A DNA stretch of 64,000 nt. It comes from Camelus ferus (taxonomy: Eukaryota). Both the position numbers and the translations under genes were made by a program. The stretch is taken from positions 115,198,001 to 115,262,000 of the forward strand of contig NC_045696.1 of NCBI RefSeq assembly GCF_009834535.1, in the 5' to 3' direction. Numbering within the stretch: the stretch's first letter is position 1; each line of letters begins with the position of its first letter. Below, piece after piece: positions 39,501-52,400 of this stretch. Below the pieces are notes generated by a model that made no database searches, was not told the origin of the DNA, and saw nothing but the letters and a program-made list of their open reading frames with translations.

Positions 39501-39931
39501 AAAAATGATACAGATGAACTTATTTACAAAACAGAAACAGATTCACAGACATAGAGAACAAACTTATGGTTGCCAAAGGGTAAGGCAGGGGAAGGATAAA
39601 TTAGGAACTTGGTATTAGTAGATAAAAACTACTGTATATACAATAAACAATAAGGCCCTACTGTATAGTATGGGGAACTGTATTTAATATTTTGCAATAT
39701 GCTATAATGAAAAAGAATATATATATATATATATAAAACTGAATCACTTTGCTATACACCAGAAACTAACACAACAGTGTAAATCAACCATGCATCAACA
39801 AAAATGTTTTTTAATTTAAAAAAAAGAAAAAAGAAAGCAGTAAAATTCGTAGTTAATTCTTGAGCCTCCTTTTTTGAACACTCAAAAATGGAATTAACTT
39901 CAAGGACCTTGTTGAGGGATTTTAAGGAACT

Positions 39932-40097
39932 AAAAAGAAAAAGAAAAAAGGAAAGAAAGGAAGAAAAAAGGAAAGAAAAAAGGAAGGAAGGGAGGGAGGA
40001 AAGAGAAAGAAAGAAAAAAGGAAAGAAAGAGAAAGAAAAAGAAAGAAAGAAAGAAAGAAAGAAAGGAAAGAAAGAAAGAAAGGAAAGAAAGAAAGGA

Positions 40098-40172
<75 letters not shown>

Positions 40173-40227
40173 GGAAAGAAAGAAAAAGGAAGGAAGGAAG
40201 GAAGGAAGGAAGAAAGAAAAAGAAAGA
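39932..40227. repeat. Polypurine (GAAA)n/(GGAA)n tract
   Basis: About 295 bp of A/G only on the + strand. Confidence 0.95.
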
Positions 40228-40769
40228 TAGATTTAAGTGATTACATATGGGGATAAGACACTTCATTATTTTGATTTCTAAATCCAAATTATTTTTTTTT
40301 AATTAGACACTAAAACAAACAGTCCAGCAGTACAATAGTTTGGGAATATTTTAAAACCAGTGTTTCAAAAGGAATCACACAGGAAAAACAATTAGTTTTA
40401 CCAGAACATTTTTGTGCTCTTTTGAACATCTATGTACACTTTGAGTGCTTCTGTGACTTTTGTCACCTATTAGATTGAAAAGCTACCGTTCCTGCTTTTC
40501 TAGGAACTTGGGATAGGAAAGATAGACAAGAGAGATAATTAGCACTTCCTGGCACTTCTGAATTTATAGCATTTATAGACTCAAACTGATGGTGCTTGTG
40601 TATGATGGGCTCCATTCATTGGTTTCTAACTTTACTGAAAAGTGTTGGGAATCTGAGATGGGAGAACATGTGGAACAGGGCCTGATCCGTGGTGACCTTT
40701 ATCCTACACAGCATCACGGATGCCTAAGAGCTCTTTGGAGGAATTTTTTTTAATTTGTGTTTTAAGAGC

Positions 40770-40869
40770 GGGGAGGGTATAGTCGAGTGGTAGAGCACAT
40801 GCTTAGCATGCACGAAGTCCTGGGTTCAACCCTGAGCACCTCCATGAAAAATAAAGTGCAAAAAAAAAA
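40770..40869 (+). mobile_element. Camelid tRNA-derived SINE (Vic-1-like)
   Basis: ggggagggtatag...gtggtagagcacatgcttagcatgcacgaagtcctgggttcaaccc with A and B boxes, A-rich tail, and imperfect TSD aatt..gttttaag. Confidence 0.85.
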
Positions 40870-43249
40870 TTACGTTTTAAGGACTTTCATGTCTCATAAA
40901 GAAAAATCAATGAATGTAACCACTTCTTTCTCCTCTGCATGTTGTGCCACCGTGTTACCTGGTTAGGAAAGCTCCTGCGGTAGTTGGCAGGGAGAGGGGC
41001 ACTCGCTTTCCCCTGAAGAGAGCCAAGCAAACCTGAAAGAACATTCTAAAGAAAAATATTCACCGCAGGAGCCAAGAATAATGTTCCAAGTTGAGTGTTG
41101 GCTCCTGAAATAGTTTCTGGGATTTAGAGTTGACAACACATGGAATTTGTTTATATTTAATACGCAATTCCGTAGGATTTTGGAAATGCTGATTATCTGT
41201 GTAATTCCTCGTTCCTCGTGTTCTGCTTTTATTTTGCTCACCCTTCCTGCACCTTCAGTTTTTGAAATACTCAGACTCCAAAGTGCTTCCCTGCCCATCA
41301 CATCTTTCGGTCTTCTTGACAGCTTCAGTGTTTGACTGTAAATACGGTCGTTAATTCTGTGATCACTGTCTGATTCCATAGTTAATGCACTGGCCTGCTT
41401 CAGTGGAGGCTGTTCCATCTTTCTTTGGCTGTATTGGCCAGTTGCTAGTCATTATTTTTAACTGATGTTGGCAAATTGTATTTTTGAGTAGGTGCAGTGG
41501 AAGAATAAATGGCTCCAGATTTCTCTCAGGTCCTGACCCTATCAGCACTGTTTTCTTCTTTTCCTTCCTTCCTTTCTTTTTTTTTTTTTTTTTTTTTTCA
41601 GAATGACATAAACACAGATGTCGTAGATGTGAAACAGTCTAAAAAAAGGCACCATTATCATAGAAATCTGTATTTTACCTATACTCTTTAAAAATGTTGT
41701 CTTTCTGTGGACATTGATGTGGTAGGACCTGATCTGAGGAATTCTGTTACAAAATTGTTAATGTAAGTTTCATAATTGTGAGATGGGCTCTCATAAATTT
41801 TGGCTCCTGATAATGTGAGTATTAAGTGGAAGTTCACTTTAGGAAATAAAAGAAACACTTATAAGTATATAAATGTGTTTATCAGCTTGATTGTTAACAG
41901 ATAATACTGAGCCACAAATTATAAGAACTGGTAGGAAATGAATAGAAACTGAAAACTTTGACGATAACTGATCTCATTTAAGGTGTTTAGGACAAAGATT
42001 CCATCGCTAATGTACCTTTTAAAACATAAAATAGTCATATTATTGCCATCGAAGTGGGCATTACTTTTTTGTTGGAATTAACATTTTTTCATGGTATATA
42101 TACTTCAAGAGCTTGGCCACTTCCTATTTCTCTGCAACCTATTACTCATTCACTAACTCAATGAATATTGTTACAGTCAAATTTCCAGTCATGGGAGACA
42201 GACGATGACCAAGACCCAGTCTTTCTCTTCAAAGATCTTAGAGTCTTGATCCAGGGAACCTGAAAAATATTTAATTTATAAATCAATAAGCATTTATTTA
42301 TTATGTGACTAATGTAACCCTCAGAGATGCACGTAACACACAACCTATAAATATTTGTGGAATGTTTAGAATAAGGAGGAATAAAGCTCCTAACTTAGAT
42401 GAAGAGGCAGGCACACAAAACCAGTACATTTTTATGCAACTTAAGAAGTAAATTCACTACTGCTAATTTGACAGATTGATTCCTTTTAATGAATCAATGG
42501 CTTTTATTTGGACAAAATTAAAGAATAGGGGAAAAATTCCATCCTATCCTATTGTCTTTTAGCTAACTTGCATTTATGATAAAAGAACTATATCCACTTT
42601 TGTATTCAATATAAACTAATTAAACTTGGTCTTTGAGCTGCTGAAAACAGTCAGTAAAAGGGACTGGTGCTTTAAGTTTTCTAGTTCTGAAGAGCTGCTT
42701 TGCCAAGATTTGTCCTTGTATAAAAATGGAAACTTTCATGGAATGGGTTTCTTTCAGTAAATCCTCAGAAATGACATTTAGTGTCACTTTTGGTCAGCTA
42801 GCTTTTGATGTGGTGGAGAGCCTTTCCTAGGCAAGTTTGGCAAATTTCCATGATGTCAACCCACTAAGTAGTTTCTGGGGACATGAATTCATGACCACTC
42901 CTTTCATAATACTCCAAGAGTACAGCGTGTCCGTATTATGTTGTCAATTGTGGGACAAAACACCCTCTAGTGACATCCAAGTAGACTTTTTTTTTTTCCT
43001 TCCAGAACAGTCTTCTCATTTGCCTTCTAACCTTGTCTTGCCCATTGCTACATAGTATATGTGCACATTCAGCTATGAAGAAATACATGATGTAATACAT
43101 GCTTTTATTATTCACATCGCTGTTATATAATATGGGAGCAGCGCTCTAGAACATCAGTGTGCAATTAAACCAGAGCGTGCTCTTCTAACAAAGTCACAGG
43201 TAGAGCCGGTGCTGCCTGTTCATGAGCCACACATTGAGGAGCAAGGCTT

Positions 43250-43445
43250 AGAGCTTCAAGCGATGGGTTTTGGGTCAGTCTCAGGTTTATATCCTATATT
43301 CACTACCCTTACTAGATATGTAATGTTGGAGAAGTCACTTGGTCTCCTTATGCCTCAGTTTCCTCATCTGTAAAATGGAAGTCATACTACTGATTGCCTC
43401 ATTGGTTATTTGTGGGTTAAATGAGATACCACATGTTCGTATTTC
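43250..43445 (+). mobile_element. MIR SINE
   Basis: aagtcactt...tgcctcagtttcctcatctgtaaaatgga...gggttaaatgagata. Confidence 0.8.
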
Positions 43446-45309
43446 CTGGAACACACCCAACCTCAAGAATACAGGACAGGCTTTGAGTGGTTGTGAGAAT
43501 GGCAGTGATGGTTGCTCCTTTGTTATCTCTTCATAGATCTTTTCCTGCTCTTTTACCACATCCCTTAAATCTGTTGAATTCCTGTTATATTTTGATTAAA
43601 TGATCATAAACAATGTGTAAGAATCACACCAAGTGCAACTGGCAGTTGTTCCGTCTCCATTGGTTATCGATGTTTATAGAATAGCTAAAACTATAAACAA
43701 CATGGTGATTCCCTGCTTGTTTTCCACCCTCCCCTTGATTTGTCTAAGAAGCAATTTGCACAGCAGATCTGCAAGAAATAACTGCCTGGAAGTCCCAGCG
43801 ACTCCAGACCGCCCAAGTCTCTCTGGATTCTCAGAGTCCTTCAGATTATTTGCATGCAAAACATTCTCATAAAGGAGATTAAATGAAGTGCTCTCCAGAT
43901 TTGTCAAGTCTTAATGAGAAAAATTGCTTCAAAATAAATTTTCATAAAGCGTCTTAAGTAACAATTTAATCAGTTGAAGTTTACACCATTTTTCCTAATG
44001 GCGTTCAGATGAAAAAGACCAATGATTATTTTATTCTGCTAAGCCTATAAAGTTGGTAATGGGTGACATATAATATTATAGCATATAAAATCTCCAGTTA
44101 ACTGTTGGCAGTTGTTAACCTGTTTTTTTAAGTTACATTTAAAATGAAAAGCGGTGTACTTTAAGAAATTATTTGGTTAAACTAGTCAGAAATATAAAGG
44201 GAGAAGCACATTTTACCACCACGATTAATTCCGTGGGTACAGGAAACAGACTTACAGATAATGAAAATGGAGTGCGATCATTATTTTAGGAATTCAGCTG
44301 TGTAAATGGGTGTTATGTAATTAGCTGTATTACCTGATGTTCTGTAGAACTTTTTAAAGGGCTCTTGAAAAATAAGCATTTGTTGCATCTGTGGTGGTAA
44401 GTAAACGGAAAGAAGGAGGGAAAGAGAGACAGAAGGAGGCGAGAAAAGGAGAGAAAGTAGGAAGGGAGGGAAGGAAAAAAGGATTGATTCACCACTACCA
44501 TTTTAGCGTTCTGCCAAAGACGTGTAGGTCTGGAAAAGATTGACAGTAAGATAATAAGGAGACTCTCATCTTGAGGTTTTTGTGTTGTTTTTATTACATG
44601 TTATTTAAGCAATCCCTTTAAAAGATTAGTACTTAGAAAATGACTATAATTTACTTAACAGCCATATCAGAATTTGGATAAGGAGAATTATTCTGGACAT
44701 TTGGATTGTCTGTAAATAGAATATTGAGACATTTAGCTCTGTCTCTACCTGCTGTTTTCCTTGAGTATAATGTTTTGTTTAGAAATGAGAAACAACATAT
44801 GTCATGAAGAAATCGATTACTTATTAAAAAGATCATCGGTAGCATAGGATACATGACACATCACAGAATCACTTTGTATAGGCTTTCATTCTGTCCAGCC
44901 CTGACTTCAGCAAGCCTCGGAATCAGACCAAGTGGGGCTGGGCAGTGCTGCCGTGACAGACAACAACCCAGAACCGTCCTTTGCTTTCCATCTGTAACCC
45001 AATGTCCTGAGGCTGTGGGCTCCCAAGGCTGGTTGAAAACATTCCACTCTGATGATGGAAAAGCGAAGAAAGTTTCCTTCCCTTCTTTGTAACTGCCTCT
45101 GAAGTGGGTGGAGAGATTGTCGAGCTGTCAAAATGATCCGATTTTCTCTAGGTTTGACATGTTACCCAATCCACCATTTGCCATTTTCCCACAGCCATGG
45201 CCCACACACAGTAGACACTCACTGCCTGTTGGCTGCGTGAATCAGTCTCCATGGCCACTGAATCTAGTCTGTGGCTAAGTTCTTCTCCAAATTTGCAGCT
45301 TCTCTTTGA

Positions 45310-45520
45310 AGATAAAGATCTGGTTCAGATCAAAGCATCACCACTTAGCAGGTATGGCTCTTGGTCCGTTTACTTCAATCTCCCAGAGTGACCAATTCCT
45401 CGTGTATAAAATAAGGATAAGAATGTGTTAACATAGGAGTAAGCAAAACCCCCAATTGAAATTTATTCTGCAGTACTGAGCACAGTCTCATCAGGTTAGG
45501 TAGGGGCTCAGCGAATGGCA
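45310..45520 (+). mobile_element. MIR SINE remnant
   Basis: gatctggttcagatc...caccacttagcaggtatgg...ttcctcgtgtataaaataaggataa. Confidence 0.55.
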
Positions 45521-45830
45521 TTTTCTTCAACATAACCAAATCAACGAATGCCTTTCCTTCCCTGGCTTATGTCCACATCCCAAAAGTATATTGCCCTCTC
45601 TCAATTTTTAGAAAGAAAAACCACTTGGTAAATCTCCCTGAATTTTTCCTTCTTAAGAAAGCATAATTTGGCCCTGTGGACATGGGCAGCCCTTCTCTTT
45701 TTAGGTCTTTTCCCAGTCCCCCTGTACACAGGACTCTTGAGTTTAACAAGATGCTCCTTTAAACCCCGTACTTGAAATTAGCTGCCCTTGTAGGTAGAAG
45801 ACAAATTTGAAATTTCCTGATGTTGAATTA

Positions 45831-46592
45831 TGGAGAAAGGGGAACCCTCCTACACTGTTGGTGGGAATATAGTTTGGTGGAGCCATTATGGAAAACAGTA
45901 TGAAGATTCCTCAGAAGACTAACAACAGACTTACCATATGATCCAGCAATCCCACTCCTGGGCATATATCCAGAGGGAACCTTAATTCAAAAAGATGCAT
46001 GCACTCCAATGTTCATAGCAGCACTATTTACAATAGCCAAGACAATGGAAACAATTTAAATGTCCATCAACAAATAACTGGATAAAGAAGTTGTGGTATA
46101 TTTATAGAATGGAATACTACTCAACCATAAAAAAGAATAAAATAATGCCATTTGCAGCAACATGGATGGACCTGGAGATCATCATTCAAAGTGAAGTAAG
46201 CCAGAAAGAGAAAGAAAAATACCATATGATATCACTTATATGTGGAATCTGGAAAAAAACAAAAGCCAAATGAACTTATTTACAAAACAGAAACAGACTC
46301 ACAGACATAGAAAACAAACTTAAGGTTACCCGAGGGGGAAGGGAGTGGAAGGATAAATTGGGAGTTCAAGATTTGCAGATACTAACTACTGTATATAAAA
46401 TAGATAAACAACGAGTTCATACTGTATAGCACAGGGAACTAAATTCAATATCTTGTAATAACTTATGGTGAAAAGAATGTGAAAATAAATATATGTATGT
46501 TCGTGTATGAGTGAAGCATTATGCTGTACACCAGAAATTGACACAGCATTGTAAACTGACTATACTTCAATAAAAATAAATATATTAAAAAA
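45831..46592 (+). mobile_element. 5'-truncated camelid L1 3' end
   Basis: tggagaaaggggaaccctcctacactgttgg...; ORF 46091-46273 is the L1 ORF2 terminus (MEYYSTIKKN...MISLICGI); AATAAA plus A-rich tail. Confidence 0.92.
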
Positions 46593-46719
46593 GTGAATCA
46601 AATGCAAAACCGAAAACTCTTACTGGCGAAAGAGACATTCCTAAGGTTGATGAATGTGCAGTGTTTGGATCTGGATCTAATGCTGAGCGTGGACCTTGAA
46701 AATCTGACCTTGAAACGAG

Positions 46720-47560
46720 ACCCAGCAGCCGTGACTTCGTGCCGAGCGGGAAAGCCCGGGCAGTTGCGCGGAAGTCATATTACCTTTGTCCCGTGCCTTT
46801 CTTTCCATCTTTTCTTCCTCTACGCAAGGACTGTTGGCATGAAACTTGGTGACAGTGAGGGGTGCAGGCTGCCTGGGAAGTAGATGGGCACTGCAGGAAC
46901 TTCAGCTTTTCTAGGAACTCCTATATCCCCCATCCTCCTGTAAGAGTTGTACCAACCAGCTGATTGAATAGCTCTATTTTACCTTGGATTCCCAGTCCAG
47001 CTCTAAATCCCTGCCAGTGGATTCAGAGGTTTATCATTGATTTCTAAGTTCTTCTCTCACCCTCTTTTCTGTTGAGTTATCCTTCCTGTCATTTAGAAGC
47101 GCGCTTAAGATGCCCCACTGTTCGGATTGCTGGAGACAAAGAGGGTGTCACCCACCGCTTCCTTCCTCCACCTCCTCATTCACACCCAAGCCCCAGCTGC
47201 CTGCCGGTGCACCTCACCAGCTCGCACCACCCTCCTCGCAAGCACCGTGCATTTTATCAGCGACTCCGACAACCCGGGCTGTAATTCGATTTGGACAAAC
47301 GTTCACCGGTCCGTGTGAATCGGACGGCACAGCTGTTGCCAGTTCCGCTACCGCTAGCGGAGGCGGGAGGCTGGGATGTCCTGCGGTTTGGAAGTCATGA
47401 AACTTTCTCGGGGACCCTGGCGTCAGAGACACGCTGCGCTTTCGGACTTAAGAGGACCTCAGGGCCCTCTTGGCTCTTCCTGGCCGCTCATTCTCGAAGG
47501 TAGTTGTGTCCTTTTCAGATCCGGAGCTTTTTCTTTTTCTAAGACGCGAGCTTTTATTTT
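46720..47560. promoter_or_regulatory. CpG-island-like intronic patch (candidate enhancer or alternative promoter)
   Basis: About 25 CpGs counted by eye in 47200-47500 against a CpG-poor background; ETS-type GCGGAAGT at 46768-46775. Confidence 0.5.
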
Positions 47561-47839
47561 GTGCATTTAGCACAAGATGTGTTTAGGGAGTCGTAATCAG
47601 AAAAGCTACCATTTTTGAGTGCCGTCTATAAACTAGGCATATAAACTAGGAACCAATTGGGAATTCCATTTAGGGGGAGATAAGAACTCAAATTTATCTT
47701 AAAAAGGTCCTGCAGTCACTTTCGCAGAGCAGGGAACTCTGTTCCGTCTTGGGGAAGCGTGATTTACATGTTTTAATCCATAAGGCGATGTGTAATGGAA
47801 ACTACTTTTTTTTTTTTCTAAAACTGAACCTATTATCTA

Positions 47840-48277
47840 TAGGCCTATTTTGTTTTATTGCAGTTCACAGATACTGGTTTTTTGTTTGTTTGTTTGTTTG
47901 TTTGTTTGTTTTTTAACAAATTGAAGGTTTGTAGCAACCCGCATTGAGCAAGTCTATGGGCGCCATTTTTCCAAAAGCATTTACTCACTTTGTGTCTCTG
48001 CGTCACATTTTGGGAATTCTCACCATATCTCAAATCCTTCACCAGCAAAATAATGATGACTCACTGAAGGCTCAGATATAGTTAGCATTTTTAGCCTTTT
48101 TTATTTAAGGTATGCACATTATTTTTTTAGGCAAAAGGGTATCACATTGAATAGACTACCATATAGTGTAAACATGACTTTTATATGCACTGGGAAACCA
48201 AAAACTAATCGTGTGACTTGCTTTATTGTGATATTTGCTTTTATTATGGTGGTCTGGAACCACCCCCAAAGTGGCTG
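47840..48277 (+). mobile_element. Tigger1 internal-deletion derivative (Tigger1a_Art-like) with TA TSD
   Basis: Tigger1 5' part (aattgaaggtttgtagcaaccc...gcaagtctat) fused to its 3' part (tgaaggctcagat...tatgcactgggaaaccaaaaa). TA at 47838-47839 and 48278-48279. Contains (TTTG)n. Confidence 0.85.
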
Positions 48278-48510
48278 TACTTTGAACTTTAATTCTATGT
48301 GTAAAATATAATTTTAGCTAATCAGAGTCTTTACTTTCTTGGGTTATATATATATTCTAGGTGCTTTAAAAATGTCAGGGGGCAGGAGACACCTGGTCCT
48401 TTGTCCTTCTCTGTCCATATTGGCAAGAGATGGGATGCACTCTGGTCCATTCCTTATAATCCTTGGTTGTCCAGCCACATAAATTGCTATGGTAGCTCTT
48501 TGTTCTCAAC

Positions 48511-48710
48511 CATCGTGGTCCACCTGAACTTTCTGTGATGTTCTGTAGCTGCTCTGTCTAATTGGGTAGCCACTGTCCACCAGTCGCTATTGAGAGTTTG
48601 AACTGTGGTTAAGGCAACTAAGAACCTGAACATTTAATTGTGTTTAATTTTAATTCATTTGTATTTAAAGAGCCACACATGGCCAGTGGCTACTGTATTG
48701 TACAGCAGAA
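48511..48710. mobile_element. MER3 hAT MITE
   Basis: gaactttctgtgatg...gtagccact...agccacacatggccagtggctactgtattgtacagc; 8-bp flanks ttctcaac/ttctaaac. Confidence 0.8.
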
Positions 48711-49404
48711 TTCTAAACATAAGTCCTTTGCAGGTCACTTCAATTCCAGTGATTTTTATGTACTCGGAAAGATCTTAAAATAAATCCAGCCATTTCTCCA
48801 TGACACTCCCGATCCTTGGAAGATCAAAGGGGCTCTCTAAGGCTATAAGAGCTTCACTGGTACTCTGGTGTGCATGAGAAGCCATTCTACTGAATGTCAC
48901 GTCACTGGAGCATTCTGGAATTCTGTGAGATTGACTCACTCATTTGTTTCGATCCCCTGTGCACCCCACTGCAGACATATGTTTTGCTCCTGTACCATGG
49001 TGGTCACAAGGAGGCTCTGGGCTCTTGCCATGTTACTGATGGGTGAGGATGGGGAATGAAGCTGATCTGTTGGTCTCCTTTTCTCTTCTTCCCGAAGAAA
49101 GCACATGGTGGTCCTGTCATCTTGGTATTCAGTTTGACTCTTACTATTTACCAACCAATGCCATTTAGTACATTTGTCTCCTGTGACTCTCTGTTGCCTT
49201 CCTCAGCCCAGAGAGTGGTCTTATTCTGTGAAGTAAGAAGAGCAGCTCTCTTCTGTGACTGTGCACTTTTCTCTGTCTGTCTTTTGATGGTGGCCGCTTT
49301 ATATCCTGTGCTCTTCACAGCTTATGCTTTGAAACTCAAGAGCCCAACTCTTAGAACTCAGGAACGTTAGCTTTTAAAAATCAATTGCATTTTCTCTGCT
49401 ATAT

Positions 49405-49916
49405 CTTTTTTTAATGTTAAAATACACATAACAATATACATGGTTTGACCATTTTAACCATTTCTAAGGATGTTAAGTGGCATTAAGCATATTCACATTA
49501 TTGGGCAACCGTCACCACTAAACACCCCCAGCCATGTTTTATCTTGCAAATCTGAAACACTGCACCAGTTAGATAACAGCTGCTCTCCCTTGTCTCACAG
49601 TCCTTGGCAACCACCGTTCTCCTTTCTGTCTCTATGAGTTTGAATACTCTAGGTACCTGATATAAATGGAATCGTGCAATGTTTTCCTTTCCTGTCTGGC
49701 TTGTTTCATTTGTGATGTCTTCAGGGTTCATCTGTGCTGTAAGCATATACCAGAATTTCCTTCCTTTTAAAGGTTGAATGATACTCCATTATATGTATAT
49801 ACCACGTTTTGTTTGTCCGTTCACCCATCCATGGGTTTGTGTGTTATTTCTACCTTTGGCTATTGTGAATAATGCTGCTGTGAACATAGGTGTACAAACA
49901 TCTGCTCAAGCCCCTG
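49405..49916 (-). mobile_element. Old L1 (L1MB-like) 3' end
   Basis: aaaatacacataaca...ggcaaccaccgttctcctttctgtctctatg...ggctattgtgaataatgctgctgtgaacat. Confidence 0.85.
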
Positions 49917-51466
49917 AGTATAAATTTCTGCTTTCTCTTAACTGAATGCTGCTGACCAAATTGGGGTTAGAGTGAAAATATCTCAAAGCTCGTCTTGACT
50001 TATATGGAAAGGTTAAGGCGGTTCTTAAAAAGAGAGATGATTTGTTCTGCTCTGCAGTGTCAAGTGAGACAAATTCTGCATTGTCTGGTTGTAGAAAGTG
50101 GGGCATGTATAGGAATAGAGAGAAAGGAGAGATGTAATAATGGTTTAAAAAGAAAGAGGAGTCTGAGTCCATGGCAGAAGGACTGACAGAAGAGGGGTAT
50201 AGCCCATGCAATTCTTAGTGATAGGAAATCATCGTAAGTAATTAACAATCATTATAATTCTTTATTTTTTTTCTCTTCCTCCTCCCCTTCCTCTGCCTCC
50301 TGCTCCTCCTTCTGCTCCAGCTTGGCTGATATTACGTGCCCTTCCTCTTGCTAAAATTTACAGTGGGTACACGTTGATTGTTCATAATATGCTACCAAAC
50401 ACAAGCGCTCTAGGAAAATTGATCATAAGTGGTAATCTCCGGAGTGGACAAAAGCAGACCAATGAGAAAGGATGCTGACCACAGATGGGGAGGTAGTGAC
50501 AGCAACGGCACGTGTAGGAAAACTACAAAGCTTCCAACTTTTGGACATATTGCTGAGAACTCGGGGCATCGCACTGTCAAAGGTTCATAAATAACAGAAG
50601 TAAAACCAGTGAATCACCTAAGTAGTAATTAGTCAAACTTCACTGTATTCACTTAAAAGACAGTTTGCACACTGGCAGACCTCAAACCAAAATATGAAAT
50701 GAGGCTCAGGGGTGTTTTGTGATAAAGCAGCTTCTGTGATGAGAAATTAGTGATTATTTATTCTTCCCAGAGATTGGTTATAATATTGGATTTTTTTTCA
50801 TTGATAGGGAATTGGTTAGTGGTCGCCTCATGTCAGTTTCGGGAAAGAGTTTAAGTTTTGCTGATGATTTCCAGGGCCATAAGCAACAGAAGAGCAAGGG
50901 CAAGTTAGTCTTGCAAAATAAGCTAAAGTAAGCCTTATCTGAATGGCTACACTGGCTTTTTGTCTGCTCAGGGAATTTTCAAGGTTGGTCTCTGCTTTTG
51001 ATTTTAACACTACCTCATTAAGACGGGCACCAAGACACTTTTGCTTATGAATGAGTGGACTTGGGGCCATCTGGATTTGAACATCTTGGTGACACACACA
51101 GTTAGAACAATTGTGTGTAGTTAAATTATCCTCCAAAAGGGTAAGAGACACAAAGACAGTCATTAATTTACTTATGTTCATAAAGCTAGAAATTGACAGA
51201 CCCGTGCTGGCACCTTTGGAGGAACTGAAGCAGAGACATCAAATATGACATCTTATCAAATCCACATGTCTATGTGTATTTTTAGCAGAACTGTTTGGAG
51301 GTCAATGTGTGATTTTCTTTCTTGTGCTGATGTACATGACAGTATTCTTTAGCACGCTAAGACTCTAGAATTCTATAAAGCGTATAGATGGTGAATTTAA
51401 GGTCTAGAGTAATTAGGTGATTTACCTGTGCTTAGTCACTGTGCCAGAAGAGAAGCCAATAGAAGC

Positions 51467-51664
51467 TGAGAGTCAGCAAACCAGTGGCTCATCTATTCTG
51501 TAGATGAAGCTTTATTGGAGCACCACCGGTACAACTTGTCTCTGGCTGTTTTCGTGTTACAGCAGTGGAGTTGAGTAGTTGAGACAGAGAGACAGGACCC
51601 TATGGCTGGCAAAGCCGAAAACATTTATTCTCTGGCTCTGTGCAGAGAAAATTTGTCAACCCTG
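51467..51664. mobile_element. MER58A-like hAT MITE
   Basis: gtcagcaaac...ttttattggagcac...gagttgagtagttg...gcaaagccgaaaacatttattctctggc...tttgtcaaccctg. Confidence 0.75.
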
Positions 51665-51954
51665 GTCTAGACTGAGTCCCATTTTTTAGATTCCTTTGCA
51701 TTATAATAACATATATCAGGTATGGCCTCTTATGGCTCTCAGGTCTCCAGGCAGCAAGTTTACAGAGCAGACTCATATGAAGAACATTTTTAAAAATAAA
51801 AATAATCTATAACTAAGACAAATAGTTATACTATATCAAATTTTTTAAAAGTAGGGCAAGCCTGTAGCACAGTTGGCTTTCATGTAGGGTTGTATAGAGG
51901 AGTTCACTGAAATGAGGATATCTTGCATTATCTGTGTGAGGATAACCAAAGATT

Positions 51955-52190
51955 AATACTCATGAAATTATGAGGTAGGATCATTTATAATATCAAAACA
52001 CTAGACAAAAGCCAAGTGTCTCCAATGAAGAAATATTTAAGTTATGGTAGATCAGTAAAATGGAATTTTATATGGTCATAAAAATACTGATTTGAAAGAA
52101 TATTTAATGACATAGGAAAAAGTTCATAATATTTTAATTCATAAAGGAGAATATAAAACTTTTTTTTCAGTATTTTCCTAATTTTGTAAA
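51955..52190 (+). mobile_element. Ancient L1 (L1ME-like) 3' fragment
   Basis: catttataatatcaaaacactagac...ttatggtagatc...aatggaatttta...tttaatgacataggaaa. Confidence 0.55.
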
Positions 52191-52224
52191 AAATCAATCA
52201 GCATATCTTTTGATTTATTTGATG

Positions 52225-52400
52225 CATTTATTCACTAAGCAAACATTTATGGGGTACCTACTATGTATCATATTCTGTTATTTCTTGCATTTTAGGGGAG
52301 GGAGGCAGATAATAGATAAACCAGTGATGTATGACATATGTCAGAAGGTGATAAGTGATCTGGAGAGAAACAGAGCAGAGATGTAGGGAATGCAAGATTG
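52225..52400 (-). mobile_element. L2 fragment
   Basis: catttattcactaagcaaacatttatggggtacctactatgt...atgtcagaaggtgataagtg. Confidence 0.65.

Larger units (their letters stand above)
33398..39833 (+). mobile_element. Near-full-length, inactive artiodactyl L1 (5'UTR, ORF1, spacer, ORF2, 3'UTR, A-rich tail)
   Basis: 5'UTR start (tcaccttctcccacaaatacacc...ctgctgaacactggcagaaga), recognisable ORF1 and ORF2 pieces, many stops and frameshifts. Flanked with the preceding element by aaagcagta. Confidence 0.95.

Noticed and set aside
39888..40287. 122-aa K/E/R-rich and 121-aa F/L/S-rich ORFs
   Set aside because: Translation of a simple repeat.
40770..40845. tRNA-like A and B boxes
   Set aside because: The A-rich tail, TSD and diverged stems indicate a SINE, not a tRNA gene.
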